From assembly GCA_951406725.2 (NCBI GenBank), contig OX597828.1, forward strand, positions 39,122,001-39,186,000: a stretch of 64,000 nucleotides of DNA. Reading direction: 5' to 3'. The notes under the pieces were generated by a model. The model had not been told where the DNA came from. It did not search any database and worked only from the letters and a program-made list of their open reading frames with translations. Within the stretch, counting starts at the first letter, position 1, and each line of letters starts with the position of its first letter. This DNA is from Octopus vulgaris. Taxonomy: Eukaryota. Of the stretch, positions 13,636 through 25,343 are shown piece after piece. The position numbers were made by a program, and so were the translations under genes.

Positions 13636-14682
13636 AATTGTCACTGTACTTACCAACAATGAGATTCACTCACCACTGTATGATCCTATTTGGTGTTTTA
13701 AATAATTTAAAATTCAGAATTGGTTTCCTTGATTTTCTTGGCCATAATCATTCAAAGTAATTAGGTTTTTTTTTTCTTACCTTCACTACAAGTATAATTC
13801 TAATTAATTAAAAGAAAATCACATTCATCATATTGAATAAAAAGGGATTTCAAAAGCCTATCATAAGTGTTTGATTCACTTGTAATTGGTTAGTTATATA
13901 AATGTAATAATTAATTTTGGTTTACAAGTTCAATGTCTCATTTAAGCTATTATGACATTTATGACTATAAATAATTGTTATTAGTTGGCACATTGTGTGT
14001 GTGTGTGTGTGTGTGTGTGTCTTTGTCCCTTACCACCACTTGACAACCGGTGTTGGTGTATTTACATCCATGTAACTCAACTGTTTGGCAAAAGTGACCA
14101 ATAGAATAATTACCAGGCTTAGAAAATAAAAATAGGTACTGGGGTCAATTCATTTGACTAAAAAAAGTTCTTGAAGGCAGTGCCCCAACATGGCCACAGT
14201 CTAATGACTGAAACAAGTATGAATTATATTTATATATATATATAGGCACAGGAGTGGCTGTGTGGTAAGTAGCTTGCTTACCAACCACATGGTTCCGGGT
14301 TCAGTCCCACTGCGTGGCATCTTGGGCATGTGTCTTCTGCTATAAGTCTGGAGATCACCTGATACTGGCCTTTTTAGAAATTAGTTACATCTCTTTATTA
14401 TGAGTTTAGTTCCTAACTCCCACTAGAGTCAACTTTAGCTTTTCAGTTTTCAGTTGATTTAACTGATTCTCCTGGCCATCTCAATCTGTTGATTGTGACA
14501 TTGTCAGAAATGATAGAATCACAGGAATGTCAGACGAAATGCTTTGTGGCATTTCTTCCACGTTTTTACAGTCTGAATACTTTTCCTGCCAAAGTCAACT
14601 TTTCCATTCATTCTTCCAAGGGTTAAGTAAATAAAGTATTTATCAAATGCTGAAACCTTTAAAATTTTCTGGCTTTCTGCCT

Positions 14683-16459
14683 ATAATAGAAATAATAATA
14701 ATAATTATAACTAGTGCATTGGCAAAACCATTGAAGCATCAGACGAAATGCCTTGCAGTATTTAGTTGCAGTTCATGAGGATCTGAGTTCAAATCTCACT
14801 GAGGCCAGCTTTTTTTCTCACCCTTCCAGGGATAATAACACAAAGTACTGGGGGTCAGTGATATTGATTAACCCTTTTCCCTCAAAATTGCTGGCCTCAA
14901 AGACATGGCTGAATCATTAGAGCATCAGAAAAAATGCTTCGCAGTATTTGTTCCAGCTTTTTACATTCTGAGTTCAAATCCCATAAAGGTCGACTTTGCT
15001 TCTTATTCTTTTGGTTTTGATAAAGTATTGTAACAATCAAGAAATGGGATTAACATTATCAAATGACCTTCCCTCAAAACTGCTGGTCTTGTGCCTAAAT
15101 CAGAAGCTATTATTATTATTATGTTATTTTATTGTCTTTGTACAGCTTCTAACGCTGGAGATGTACTACAGTGCTAGCTGTTCACTACTCACTTTTCAAG
15201 CACCATCTGGAGTATTCCAGCAGTTCCAAGCAGTGCTGTTTTCTACAAGTTCTCCTCCCTTATTGCAGTCCCTATTTGTTCTCTTTTATTCTTTTACTTG
15301 TTTTAGTCATTTGATTGTAGTCATGCTAGAGCATATATATATATATATATATACAACAGGCTTCTTTCAGTTTCCATCTACCAAATCCACTCACAAGGCT
15401 TTGGTTGGCCCAAGGCTATAGTAGAAGACACTTGCCCAAGGTGCCACGCAGTAGGACTGAACACAGAACCATGTGGTTGGTAAGCAAGCTACTTACCACA
15501 CAGCCACTCCTGCGCCTATATGTTCCATGTACTTCTCAAGATTTTTACTTACTGTTCCCAGGGCGACAACAATTATTGGTATTACTACCACCTTTTTCAG
15601 CAACCACAACTGCTTAACCTCCCAAACTAACCTGTCATATCTATTGACTTTTCTTTCTTCTTTATCACTTATCTTGTCAGCTGAGCATGATCCAGCATTA
15701 TTTGCTTTCTTTCTTAATTAACACTAAGTCTAGTTTCCTATTCTCTATTCAATCTTATTCCGTCCGTTTAATTTCGACTTAAGGATCAGTCTCAGTCTGT
15801 GCAAGTACTCCACCTTAAATTTTTCCGTCATTTCTTTCTCCATAATAGAAATAATAATAATAATTATAACTAGTGCATTGGCAAAACCATTGAAGCATCA
15901 GACGAAATGCCTTGCAGTATTTAGTTGCAGTTCATATCTACAAGACTAACACACCACACTTTTTCAGTCCAAACTCCATTCTGAAAGTATACACCATATC
16001 AGCGCATTATTATTATTATCATTAAGGTAATGAACTGACAGAATTATTAGCACGCCAGACAAAATGCTTAGCAGCATTTCATCTGTAGTTACATTTGGGG
16101 TTCAAATTCTGCCGAGGTCGACTTTGCCTTTTATTCTTTTGGTTTTGATAAAGTATTGTAAAAATCAAGAAATGGGATTAACATTATCAAATGACCTTCC
16201 CTCAAAACTGCTGGTTTTGTGCCAAAATAAGTACCACTTAAGAATTAGAGATCAATGTAATTGTCTTTGTACAGCTTCTAACACTGGAGATGTACTACAG
16301 TGCCAGCTGTTCACTACTCACTTTTCAAGCACCATCTGGAGTATTCCAGCAGTTCCAAGCAGTGCTGTTTTCTGCAAGTGCTCCTCCCTTATTGCAGTCC
16401 CTATTTGTTCTCCTTTATTCTTTTACTTGTTTTAGTCATTTGATTGTAACCATGCTGGA
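14683..16459. repeat. Local patchwork duplication
   Basis: 14683-14776 is identical to 15842-15935 (94 bp). 14987-15330 is highly similar to 16115-16459. Confidence 0.85.
16260..16410 (-). mobile_element. 3' end of a restriction-like-endonuclease LINE (R4/Dong/NeSL-like); second copy at ~15130-15280
   Basis: Minus translation LQKTALLGTAGILQMVLEK* matches the typical xQKTALLGTAxILRxVL C-terminus. Confidence 0.6.
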
Positions 16460-16735
16460 TCATAATCATCATCATCATCAACAACAACAACAACAAGGTG
16501 AGCTGATAGAATTATTAGTGCGCCAGACAAAATGCTTTGCAGTTTTTCATTTATGTTTGGAGTTCAAATTCTGCTGAGGTCAGTTATGATTTCCATCCTT
16601 TTGGGGTTGATAAAATAAATCCCACATGAGCACTGGAACCAATGTAATTGATTGTCCCCCATCTCCCCAAAACTTCAAGCCTTATAGCAAAGTATAAAGA
16701 AAAATTATATTATCATTGGTGTTGTTTCATTTTAA

Positions 16736-16956
16736 CCCTTTAGTGCTCGCATTATTCTGCCAAAATTAATCTTTTTTTATCCACATTGCCTTGAACTAAT
16801 CATGCATTATCTTGTAGCTATGAGATTTTGATGAGGTAGCTGTTAATTTTTAAAACAATATTGTAGGGTTGGTGTAAGAGACCAGATCTGGCCAGTTTGA
16901 ACATAAAACAAGCAGAATACTTCTGGCCGGATATGGCCAGTTTAAATGCTAAAGGG
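16736..16956. mobile_element. piggyBac-type MITE
   Basis: TTAA|CCCTTTAG ... CTAAAGGG|TTAA; a related copy starts at 49973. Confidence 0.85.
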
Positions 16957-18029
16957 TTAAAGAACAAAATGTATAAGAATTCAGAATTTATAAAATACAT
17001 CCAGATCCAAAATTTTACTAAGCAATTGGAATTATGCTAACGGGAAGCAGACAGTGGACAAAAGCAAATATAATATCTATATTGAATTAGCAATGCTTAG
17101 ATGATCATCGTCATTTGAATAAACTCCCTCAAGCTGAAATAATCCTGTGATAATTCTGTTTAAAAATGATAAATAAATAATTCCTCTGTTGAGATATAAT
17201 TTTAGTAGAAAGTGATTGAGAAATTTTGGATTGGTTTTATTTTGGTTAATAAATTTCTTTCCAAGTGTTTGAAACATTACTTCACATTCCCTCTTTCTTG
17301 CTTTCTCTTTTCCTTTCACTTAGGTTTTTGAAACTCTCTCTCTCTCTCTCTCTCTTTCATAATACTTTTTTCTCTCTCTCCCCCTTACTCTCCTGAAGCT
17401 ATTTGTTATAATTACAGATGATGTTATCAGCTAGTTATTGTTATTAAATTGGTGAGTGGGTTCCAAACTCTTTATTTTCAGGTGTTCTCATAGATTGTTT
17501 AATTAAGTAGAGAAAAGATAATTTTATCAGCTGGTTATTGATACTGGAAAAGACTTCATCCCAAAGTGATCGCAATCAGCAACTTCAATTGTATTTTCAT
17601 AAATGTATCGACCCAGTCATTGATAGCAGCAGCTGGCAGTGACTTTTTTTTGGCAGTGGGTTGACAATTGAACTTTTGAGATATTGTGACGTGAACAAAG
17701 TACAATGAATTATTAACTGTCCTGCTTAGGGTCTGGTTTATCTACTTTTCCTTCTTAGTGGGAGACTTATACTGGTTAGTGTTCAATATGAACTGCTGCA
17801 AGATGATGTAAGGAAAATGTGAATTAATCTGGGGAGACTATTCCAGAAGGATGCAGTTATAGTGTAGAAGGATTGGAGAGAAAGCTCAGTGTAGACTTTG
17901 TTGAGTGAGGCTCAGTTGTTGTTATTATTTAGTCCCAACTTAACTCTGATCAAGCAGACCTGTGATTAAAGGTATTCCAGCTGGGATCATTCAGTCTTCG
18001 TTTTATTTCAGGCACTACATTGTCTAATG

Positions 18030-18596
18030 CAATGGTTCTCAACGATTTTTCACCTATGGACCCTTTTAGTTTCTATTTTGCTCTACTGGACCTTTCTTAT
18101 CCATTTGCTATTTAAAAAAATCTTTTTGTATTTTTATAATTAAATATTATTAGGAATTGTATTAAAAAAATTGTTGAAAAACTTTGAGTCTTGCTGAAGT
18201 ATAACTAATTCATCACACAGAATTTTTAACAACAAAATCTTTGGTTCATATGGTCCCTGGTTGTTGTTGTTTGTTGTTGTTCCTTCTTGAGCCATGCCTG
18301 GCTCATAAGGGCCAGTTTCCCGGTTTCTTGGCGTATAGGTTCCCCACCTGGACGGGACGCCGGTCCATCGCAGGTGAGCTGCAAGATGCAGGAGGAAAGA
18401 GTGAGAGAAAGTTGTGGTGAAAGAGTCAGCAGAAGTTCGCCATTACATTCTGCTGGAGCCGCGTGGAGCTTAGGTGTTTTCGCTCATAAACACACACATC
18501 GCCCGGTCTGAGATTTGAACCCGCGATCCCTCGACCGTGAGTCCGCTGCTCTAATCACTAGGCCATGTGCCTTCACTCCCTGGTTGAGAATGACTG
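18030..18596. mobile_element. hAT-type MITE carrying a nested SINE
   Basis: Termini CAATGGTTCTCAAC / GTTGAGAATGACTG; perfect 8-bp TSD gtctaatg at 18022-18029 and 18597-18604. Confidence 0.85.
18264..18576 (-). mobile_element. tRNA-derived SINE with V-domain-like core
   Basis: Minus strand has A-box TGGCCTAGTGATTAG, B-box GGTTCAAATC, core CCTGCGATGGACCGGCGTCCCGTCCAGG and a (CAA)n tail. TSD tccctggttg at 18254-18263 and 18577-18586. Confidence 0.85.
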
Positions 18597-19824
18597 GTCT
18601 AATGTATTCATCTTTATTGAGACAGTATGTGTGATTTGGTGGAGATTTGGTTGCTGTTTCTAGCAAGCCAGGCAACCCTTATAGAATCTTCCTTGCTTTC
18701 TTATGTGAGACACAGTGATGATGTTGAGGAGGTGCCAGTGTATTGGGTAGGCCTGGGCAGAGTCAGTACATAACTTACTATTTCAAAGGAGCAGAGGCTG
18801 TTGCAGTTGTGGTTGAAAAGACAGAGAAAGGAAATAGTGTATCCGTGGTGTAGCAGTTGTATTGATGTGTGAATCTGTCTTTTATACTGGAATATTTGTT
18901 GTAGTAGTTGCACCAACCTAGATATACATTTGTTTATTTTACTACAAGATGAGCTCCACTTGAAATTTATAGACAATCAGCAAGTGTTCAAAGATGGAGT
19001 GCAATAAAGTATTGGAGGATTTAAACTCAAATAACTGGCAAAATTTCAAGCCTACTATTCATCAGTTATTATGACCAGATTAGTTTTCAGGCATTTTTAT
19101 TGTGTTTAATTTGGTGAAGAAAAAGAACTTCTGGCCATTACTGCAGCAATTTTGGGTTTAATAAGGTAAAACCAAAACTGGTTTATGAATTAACAAACTC
19201 ATTGGTGGTGGTGGTGGTGGTGGTGGTGGTAGCAGTGGCGGCTGCTGCTGCTGCTGCTGCTATTGTTCAACCTCAGCATATGACTGGTACTTGTTTTATT
19301 GATCCTGCAAAATTAATCCTGGTGCTATTTGGTGTTGAAATCTCAACGGATCTGACTAAATACAAAAATGAATTTTGTCTGATGTTCTACAAACTCTGCC
19401 ATCATCATCTGGCCAAGCTTGCTTGGCACACTTTTAACCTGCACACACCATCCATCTCGATTCTGCATCAGTTGAAGGAGGTCTTTGGGGGAGGCACCTA
19501 GCGTCTCTGATGAGTTGATGTGCATATATTGTGTGCAGATGACCTGCCTTAGTACAGTCATGCTTTGGCATCCAATAGCAGTAGGTCTTGTTTAGCTTGC
19601 CAGCAATATCTCACAAAGCATAAGCACTTTTCCCTTATAATGAAAGAAACAGACAGGAGATCTCCATACAGCTGTTTCTCTGCCAATCCATTTCAAATGT
19701 TTCTGTTTTTCCCCATTCTTTATTCTTCATCTCTTTCCCCCCCCTCTATTTCAGATCTTATGGAAATATTTCTTTTACTGATTACCACTGAAATACATTT
19801 CTCTTGTTTTTTTCGTTCTTTTAG

Positions 19825-19908
19825 TTACGTCTGTGATGAATTTGTGGTCAATGATACCAAAGGAGGACATCTTGAAAAACTCCGAAAACATCTTCAGTCA
19901 CTGAACAG
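19825..19908 (+). CDS. USP3: USP3 exon (end of ZnF-UBP): [27 protein letters not shown]
   Basis: ttttag|T...AG|gtattt; 84 nt, phase 2-2. Confidence 0.9.
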
Positions 19909-22138
19909 GTATTTATATTTTTTTGTCTTCTTGTTGCTTAATCCAGTGAAAACCAAAAATAAAATGATGATAAAATAAAAGAAGCAAGACTCTCTCTCCA
20001 TCATCTTGGAATGTTTTTCCCTCATCCTCCTTCATTTTTCTGCCATGCTTACACTTAAATCTCTGCATACTTTCCTTGCTCCTCTGGAAGAACAATCATA
20101 TTTCTGTAATGTGAGTGTGTGTGTCTTCATATTTGTACTAGTTGGGCAGTTGTGACACTTGGTGTCCTTCTTAACAATGTTCAACAGTTGGTGTCAGGAA
20201 GGACATCCAATTATAAAGTACAGAAACCCCTCGACTATCGCGGGTGTTACGTTCCAAATCCCTCCCCCCACAATAAGGGAAAATCTGCAATGTAGAAACA
20301 GTACTGTATATTTTTTAAAATTATTTTTATGATTTGTATATATTTATTTTATTATAAATGCAAAAGAACACTACGAAGGAATCAACGTAAGGTTAAGTAA
20401 TAAACTGTGATAGGTGAACCACAATATGGCGAGGGATTACTGTACTGCCTCAAGAAGCCTTATTCGACTTATGCCAACATTAAAAAAATATGGACGTAAA
20501 ACTTGTGGTGGTGGCAGTGACATGTGTGTCATTCAGCAAGTTACCCACAAATACTGTTCTTGAGATATTGATGAACATGAAAGATATAAGAGCAGAGTAA
20601 GCTGGATTTTGAAAATCTTAAGTCCTGCATTGACCAGATCCTTACACTGTTCATCATCATTGATCAGATGCAGGATCAGTAGGTTCCCCTCATTCTCAGT
20701 TTCATCAGCTTTGTAAAAGCTTCCAGTAGTGATTCAGTATCTACTCTGTCATTACAGAACACCCTCCCATCAGCATGCTCATCCGTATCATTCAACAGCT
20801 GTACAAAGATTCTTGCTGTCAAGTGATACACAAAAGGAGATTGTTGAAACAGGAGTGAAGCAGGGTTGTCTGTAACCCACTGTTCTTCTTGATGGTGATT
20901 AACTAGATGTGTAAAACTACACAGGCCAAAAGAATAGGCACATGGTTTTTACAAGAACAGATGCTAGAGTATCTAAACTTTCTGGATGGCACTTGTCTGA
21001 TATACCAAAATGTTTTGGGACATGCAGTGAAAATTGTACTACAAGTTTACGTTGGAAAGACAGAGATCATGAAAATTAAAAGTGACAATCCTAAAGCATG
21101 ATGTCCATAACTGGAAGTACAGAGATGGGCATTGAAGTGAGACTTGATAAAATGAGAATTTTAAATAGATATATCAATTCTGTTAAGCTGTAAAGTGCAA
21201 GTGATGGTGAATGAGCACACACACACACACATACCCTCAAAAAGCCCCAAACATTCACTGTAAAATGCCTCAGAAACATTCTAAGCATTAGTTATCCAGA
21301 AATTGTAAGCAACAAAGATTTCCTGGCCAAGGTCAAGTTGGGACCCATTGGTGCAAGTGGAGACAGGTAGGCTCTAAGAAGATCAGAGAGGTGTTTAGCA
21401 AGACAAGCCTTGGAATGGAACCCAGAAGGGAAAAGGAAGACACCCAGGGATCACCTAGCAGAGATTGAGAGAGGTATTAAAAGTAACCAAAGATTTCATG
21501 AAATTAAGTGAAAAGGAAAACAAATGTTAAGAGGTTGTGGAAAGCCTATGTTCTGCTAAGAATCTAAACTGGCCATGATTTTAATGATGGAGATGATGAC
21601 AGTGATGGTGCTACCGCTGCTATATATGAACATATCTTTGTGTATGGGTGTATTGATATTGATATAAGGGGGCAGACTGGCAAGATTGTTAGCACAGTGG
21701 GCAAAATGTTTAGCAGCATCTTGTCCATCTTCATGTTCTGAGTTCCACCAAGGTTGGCTTTGCCCTCCATCCTTTCAAAGTCAATAAAATAAATACCTGT
21801 GGAGCACTGGTAGTGATGTAATCAACTAACCCCTTTCCTTTAAAAACTGCTGGCTTTCTACTAAAATTCAGAACCATATACCTACATATATATATATATG
21901 TATGTGTGTGTGTGTGTATGTATGAATGTATTCAATATGTGATTGTGTGTGTATCGTTGGTGATTTTCTTTCTCCGTCATCCCTTTCTTGGATCTTTCCT
22001 TTTTCTATGTTTCTGACGAAGAGCTCCACTTGAAACGTTAAATCCTCCTTCTTTCTTTCCTTTCCTGAGCGTCCAATAACACTATACTTGTTCCATGTCC
22101 TTGTGTTGTGTTTTTTCTTTGTGTTTTCATGTTTGGAT

Positions 22139-22188
<50 letters not shown>

Positions 22189-23345
22189 TACATAATATTG
22201 ATGTGATCATTCTTACATTTAATATGCAAAAATGTTAAAGATCAGTGCTTTATGTATATCTTTTGCATACCATTGTGATATTCTACATATTTAAACATGT
22301 TCTGAAACATACACGTGTGTGTGTGCATGTAATATACATGTGATAATTATTTCTTTTTTTCCTACCCATGCAGTCCACAGAGCCGGCTGAGAGACAAATC
22401 TAAAAGAATTTCTCAAACAGATTCAGTTGAAAATAACAAAAGGAAAAAAATGAAATTGGTGAGTCCTCTACTTCTTTCTCTATTGAAGACAAGAATAGCA
22501 ACCATGCCAGTGGCGGTGGTTGATAGGTAGAGGATAGGGTTGGGATTATTAGCAATGTGCCTTGCTAGATTTAGTTTAGGATGTCACTTTATAGCCTGGC
22601 GTTAAATCCCTCTAGGATCAAGTCAAATAAAATGTCAGTCACACATTACTGTTGACTCAATCGATTTTTGCCATAAATAAATAAATAAAGGCCAAACCGG
22701 CTACATCAGTAGACAGTTGTTACAATATTGAATGAATTCAAATTCAAAAATCTCTCATATTTTGTGGGCAGTATTATATATTTCATGACATGTTTCAGTA
22801 TTCGTCTTTTTTTGTTCTTTCTTTTAATGTGTATGTGTGTGTGTGGAGGGGGTACTTTGTGTTTTGTATTTTTGCCACATTATGCTGGAGTGGGTCTTGT
22901 AGCATTTGTTCATGTAATTGGGTTTTGTGTTCACATAATTGATACCTGCCAATCTCATGAAACACATGTAAATCATATAACGCATTAATACTGACTACAT
23001 TTTCTATGTTCTGTTTGTCTGTCTGTCTCTCTTTCTTTCTCACTCTTTCTCTCCCCTCTGTAAGTATGTGTGTGTATATACACGTGCACACACACACAAA
23101 TGACAAACAGTGAGAATATGCTCAACACTGCATTGGTGGATAAAACTTCTTTATTTGTGTATTAAGGCCACCATTAGTTTCATGTTAAGAAAAATATCTT
23201 AATAACTTAAAAATTTTTTAAGCTGATCACATGGAGGAATGGTGTTCATCTCTGTTTTGGATGAAAAACACAAAAACCTTTTTTTCAGAAGGTGTGGTGC
23301 TCCAGCATGGCCGCAGTCAAATGATAGAAACAAGTAAAAGAATAT

Positions 23346-23406
<61 letters not shown>

Positions 23407-24972
23407 GCGCAATGGCCTAGTGGTTAGGGCAGCGGACTCGCGGTCGCAGGATCGCGGTTTCGATTCTCAGACCGGGCGTTGTGTGTGTTTATTGAGCGAA
23501 AACACCTAAAAGCTCTACGAGGCTCCGGCAGGGGGTGGTGATCCCTGCTGTACTCTTTCACCACAATGGCGGTGCCCCAGCATGGCCACAGCTCAAGAGC
23601 TGAAACTGGAAAAACAAAAACAAAAACAAAATATATATATATATAAATAAAGCATAATTTCATATTTGGCACAGTCCCCATTCATTTGTACTAATTTATG
23701 CCTTTGTATGTGTTAAAAAAAATTATATATATATATATAGCTAGATGGTATAAGATATACACCTGTTGCCTCTTTTGCACACACTAATAATCACTGTACG
23801 GACTATATTTATGTAATTATAAAGTTTATATAAGTGCAGATATAACCATGTGGTTGTGTGGATTGATGTGCAACCATCTGGTTTCATGTTCAGTCCCATT
23901 GCCTTCTACTGTAGCTTCAGGTTGGTCCATACTTTTTGTGTTGAATTTTGCTGATGGAAACTGTGCAGAAGCCCACCGTGTATGTGTTGTGTCCTTTTAT
24001 GTTACCTAACTTAGTGGTTTTAACAAGCTGTACTCAATAAAATAAGTGTCAGCTTGAAATTAATCGCAGGATAGACAATTATGAATGGCTAAACACTTGA
24101 AAGCAGTGTACCAGCACTACCACTATCCAATGACTGAATAAAAAAAAGTATACTTTGTGTGTGTGCACAATATAATTGTGTATGTACAAGTATATCTAAT
24201 AACAACAGTATTGTGGTGCTTGTTTGTATATATTGAAGTGAAATATTGTATTTCATGATTTTGACATCAGTTTCCTTCAACTTGTACCTCAACACTTTTC
24301 CAGCTGTCAGCAATGTAAATACATAGCAGACAGTTGCAGTATTATTGTATTAGTCAGGGAATTGTCTTGTGCATGCATCAGCAACCTTAATTCATAGCTC
24401 TGGTACAATATATGCCAAGTCACACTGCTTGGCTGATAATAATTGTAATAGAATTCTGGTTTAGATTAAAGTACGTTGTACTCCTTCCAGTCAAACAGAA
24501 GCAAACAACACTGAGTGTCATGAAATGTTTCAGCTGGTACTCTATTGCCAGTACTTTGAACTCTTTTTTGTACTTATCTAATGAAAATTCAACAAATTTC
24601 ATTATTTTTAGAGCATTGGACAAAATAACTTGCTATATCCAGTTACAGCCATTCTGAGTTCAAATCTGGTTGATGTCAGCTTTAGCTTTCATCCTTCCAG
24701 GGTTGTAAAATAAAATACCAGTCAACTACTGGGGTTGGTTTATATTACTGTAATGCATACTATCTTTGATCCTGTATTTTTTCCTTGTGTCAGTCATTAG
24801 ACTGTGGCCATGCTGGGGCACTGCCTTGACAAAGTTTTAGTTGACTGAATTGACACCAGTACTTTTTTTTTCAAACCTGATACTTATACTATTGGTCCCT
24901 TTGTCAAACTGTTAAGTCATTGGGACGTGAACACACCAACACCGATTGTCAAGCAGAGGTCACACACGCACG

Positions 24973-25003
<31 letters not shown>

Positions 25004-25311
25004 TTCTTTCAGTTTCCACTTACCAAATCCACTCGTCTCTTCCACTATAGACTAAGGCTAAAGTGGAAGAGACTTGTCTAATGTACCACACTGCAGAATT
25101 GAATCTAGGATTATATGGTTAGGAAACAAACTTCTTATCACACAGCCATACCTTTTTTTTTCCTTTTTTCCTTTTCTTCTTTATTTTGTACTTGCTGAGT
25201 CTGCAGGTGAGGAGTGGGGGATATGTAATAGGTATTATATAGTTTCTCTCTGTCTGATTTGCTCACAAGGTATTGGTCAGTCCCTAGCTACAATACAAGG
25301 CAGTATATAAT

Positions 25312-25343
<32 letters not shown>

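Noticed and set aside
14996-16577. Pairs of similar ORFs suggesting a duplicated gene
   Set aside because: They arise from duplicated SINE and antisense LINE-tail sequence, and the frames are not conserved between copies.
18994-19075. Second MEC-starting mini-ORF upstream of the first exon
   Set aside because: It closes after ~26 codons, has no ZnF-UBP residues and no compatible donor.
23404-23480. SINE heads as functional tRNA genes
   Set aside because: No acceptor stem closure, and they continue directly into multicopy SINE bodies.
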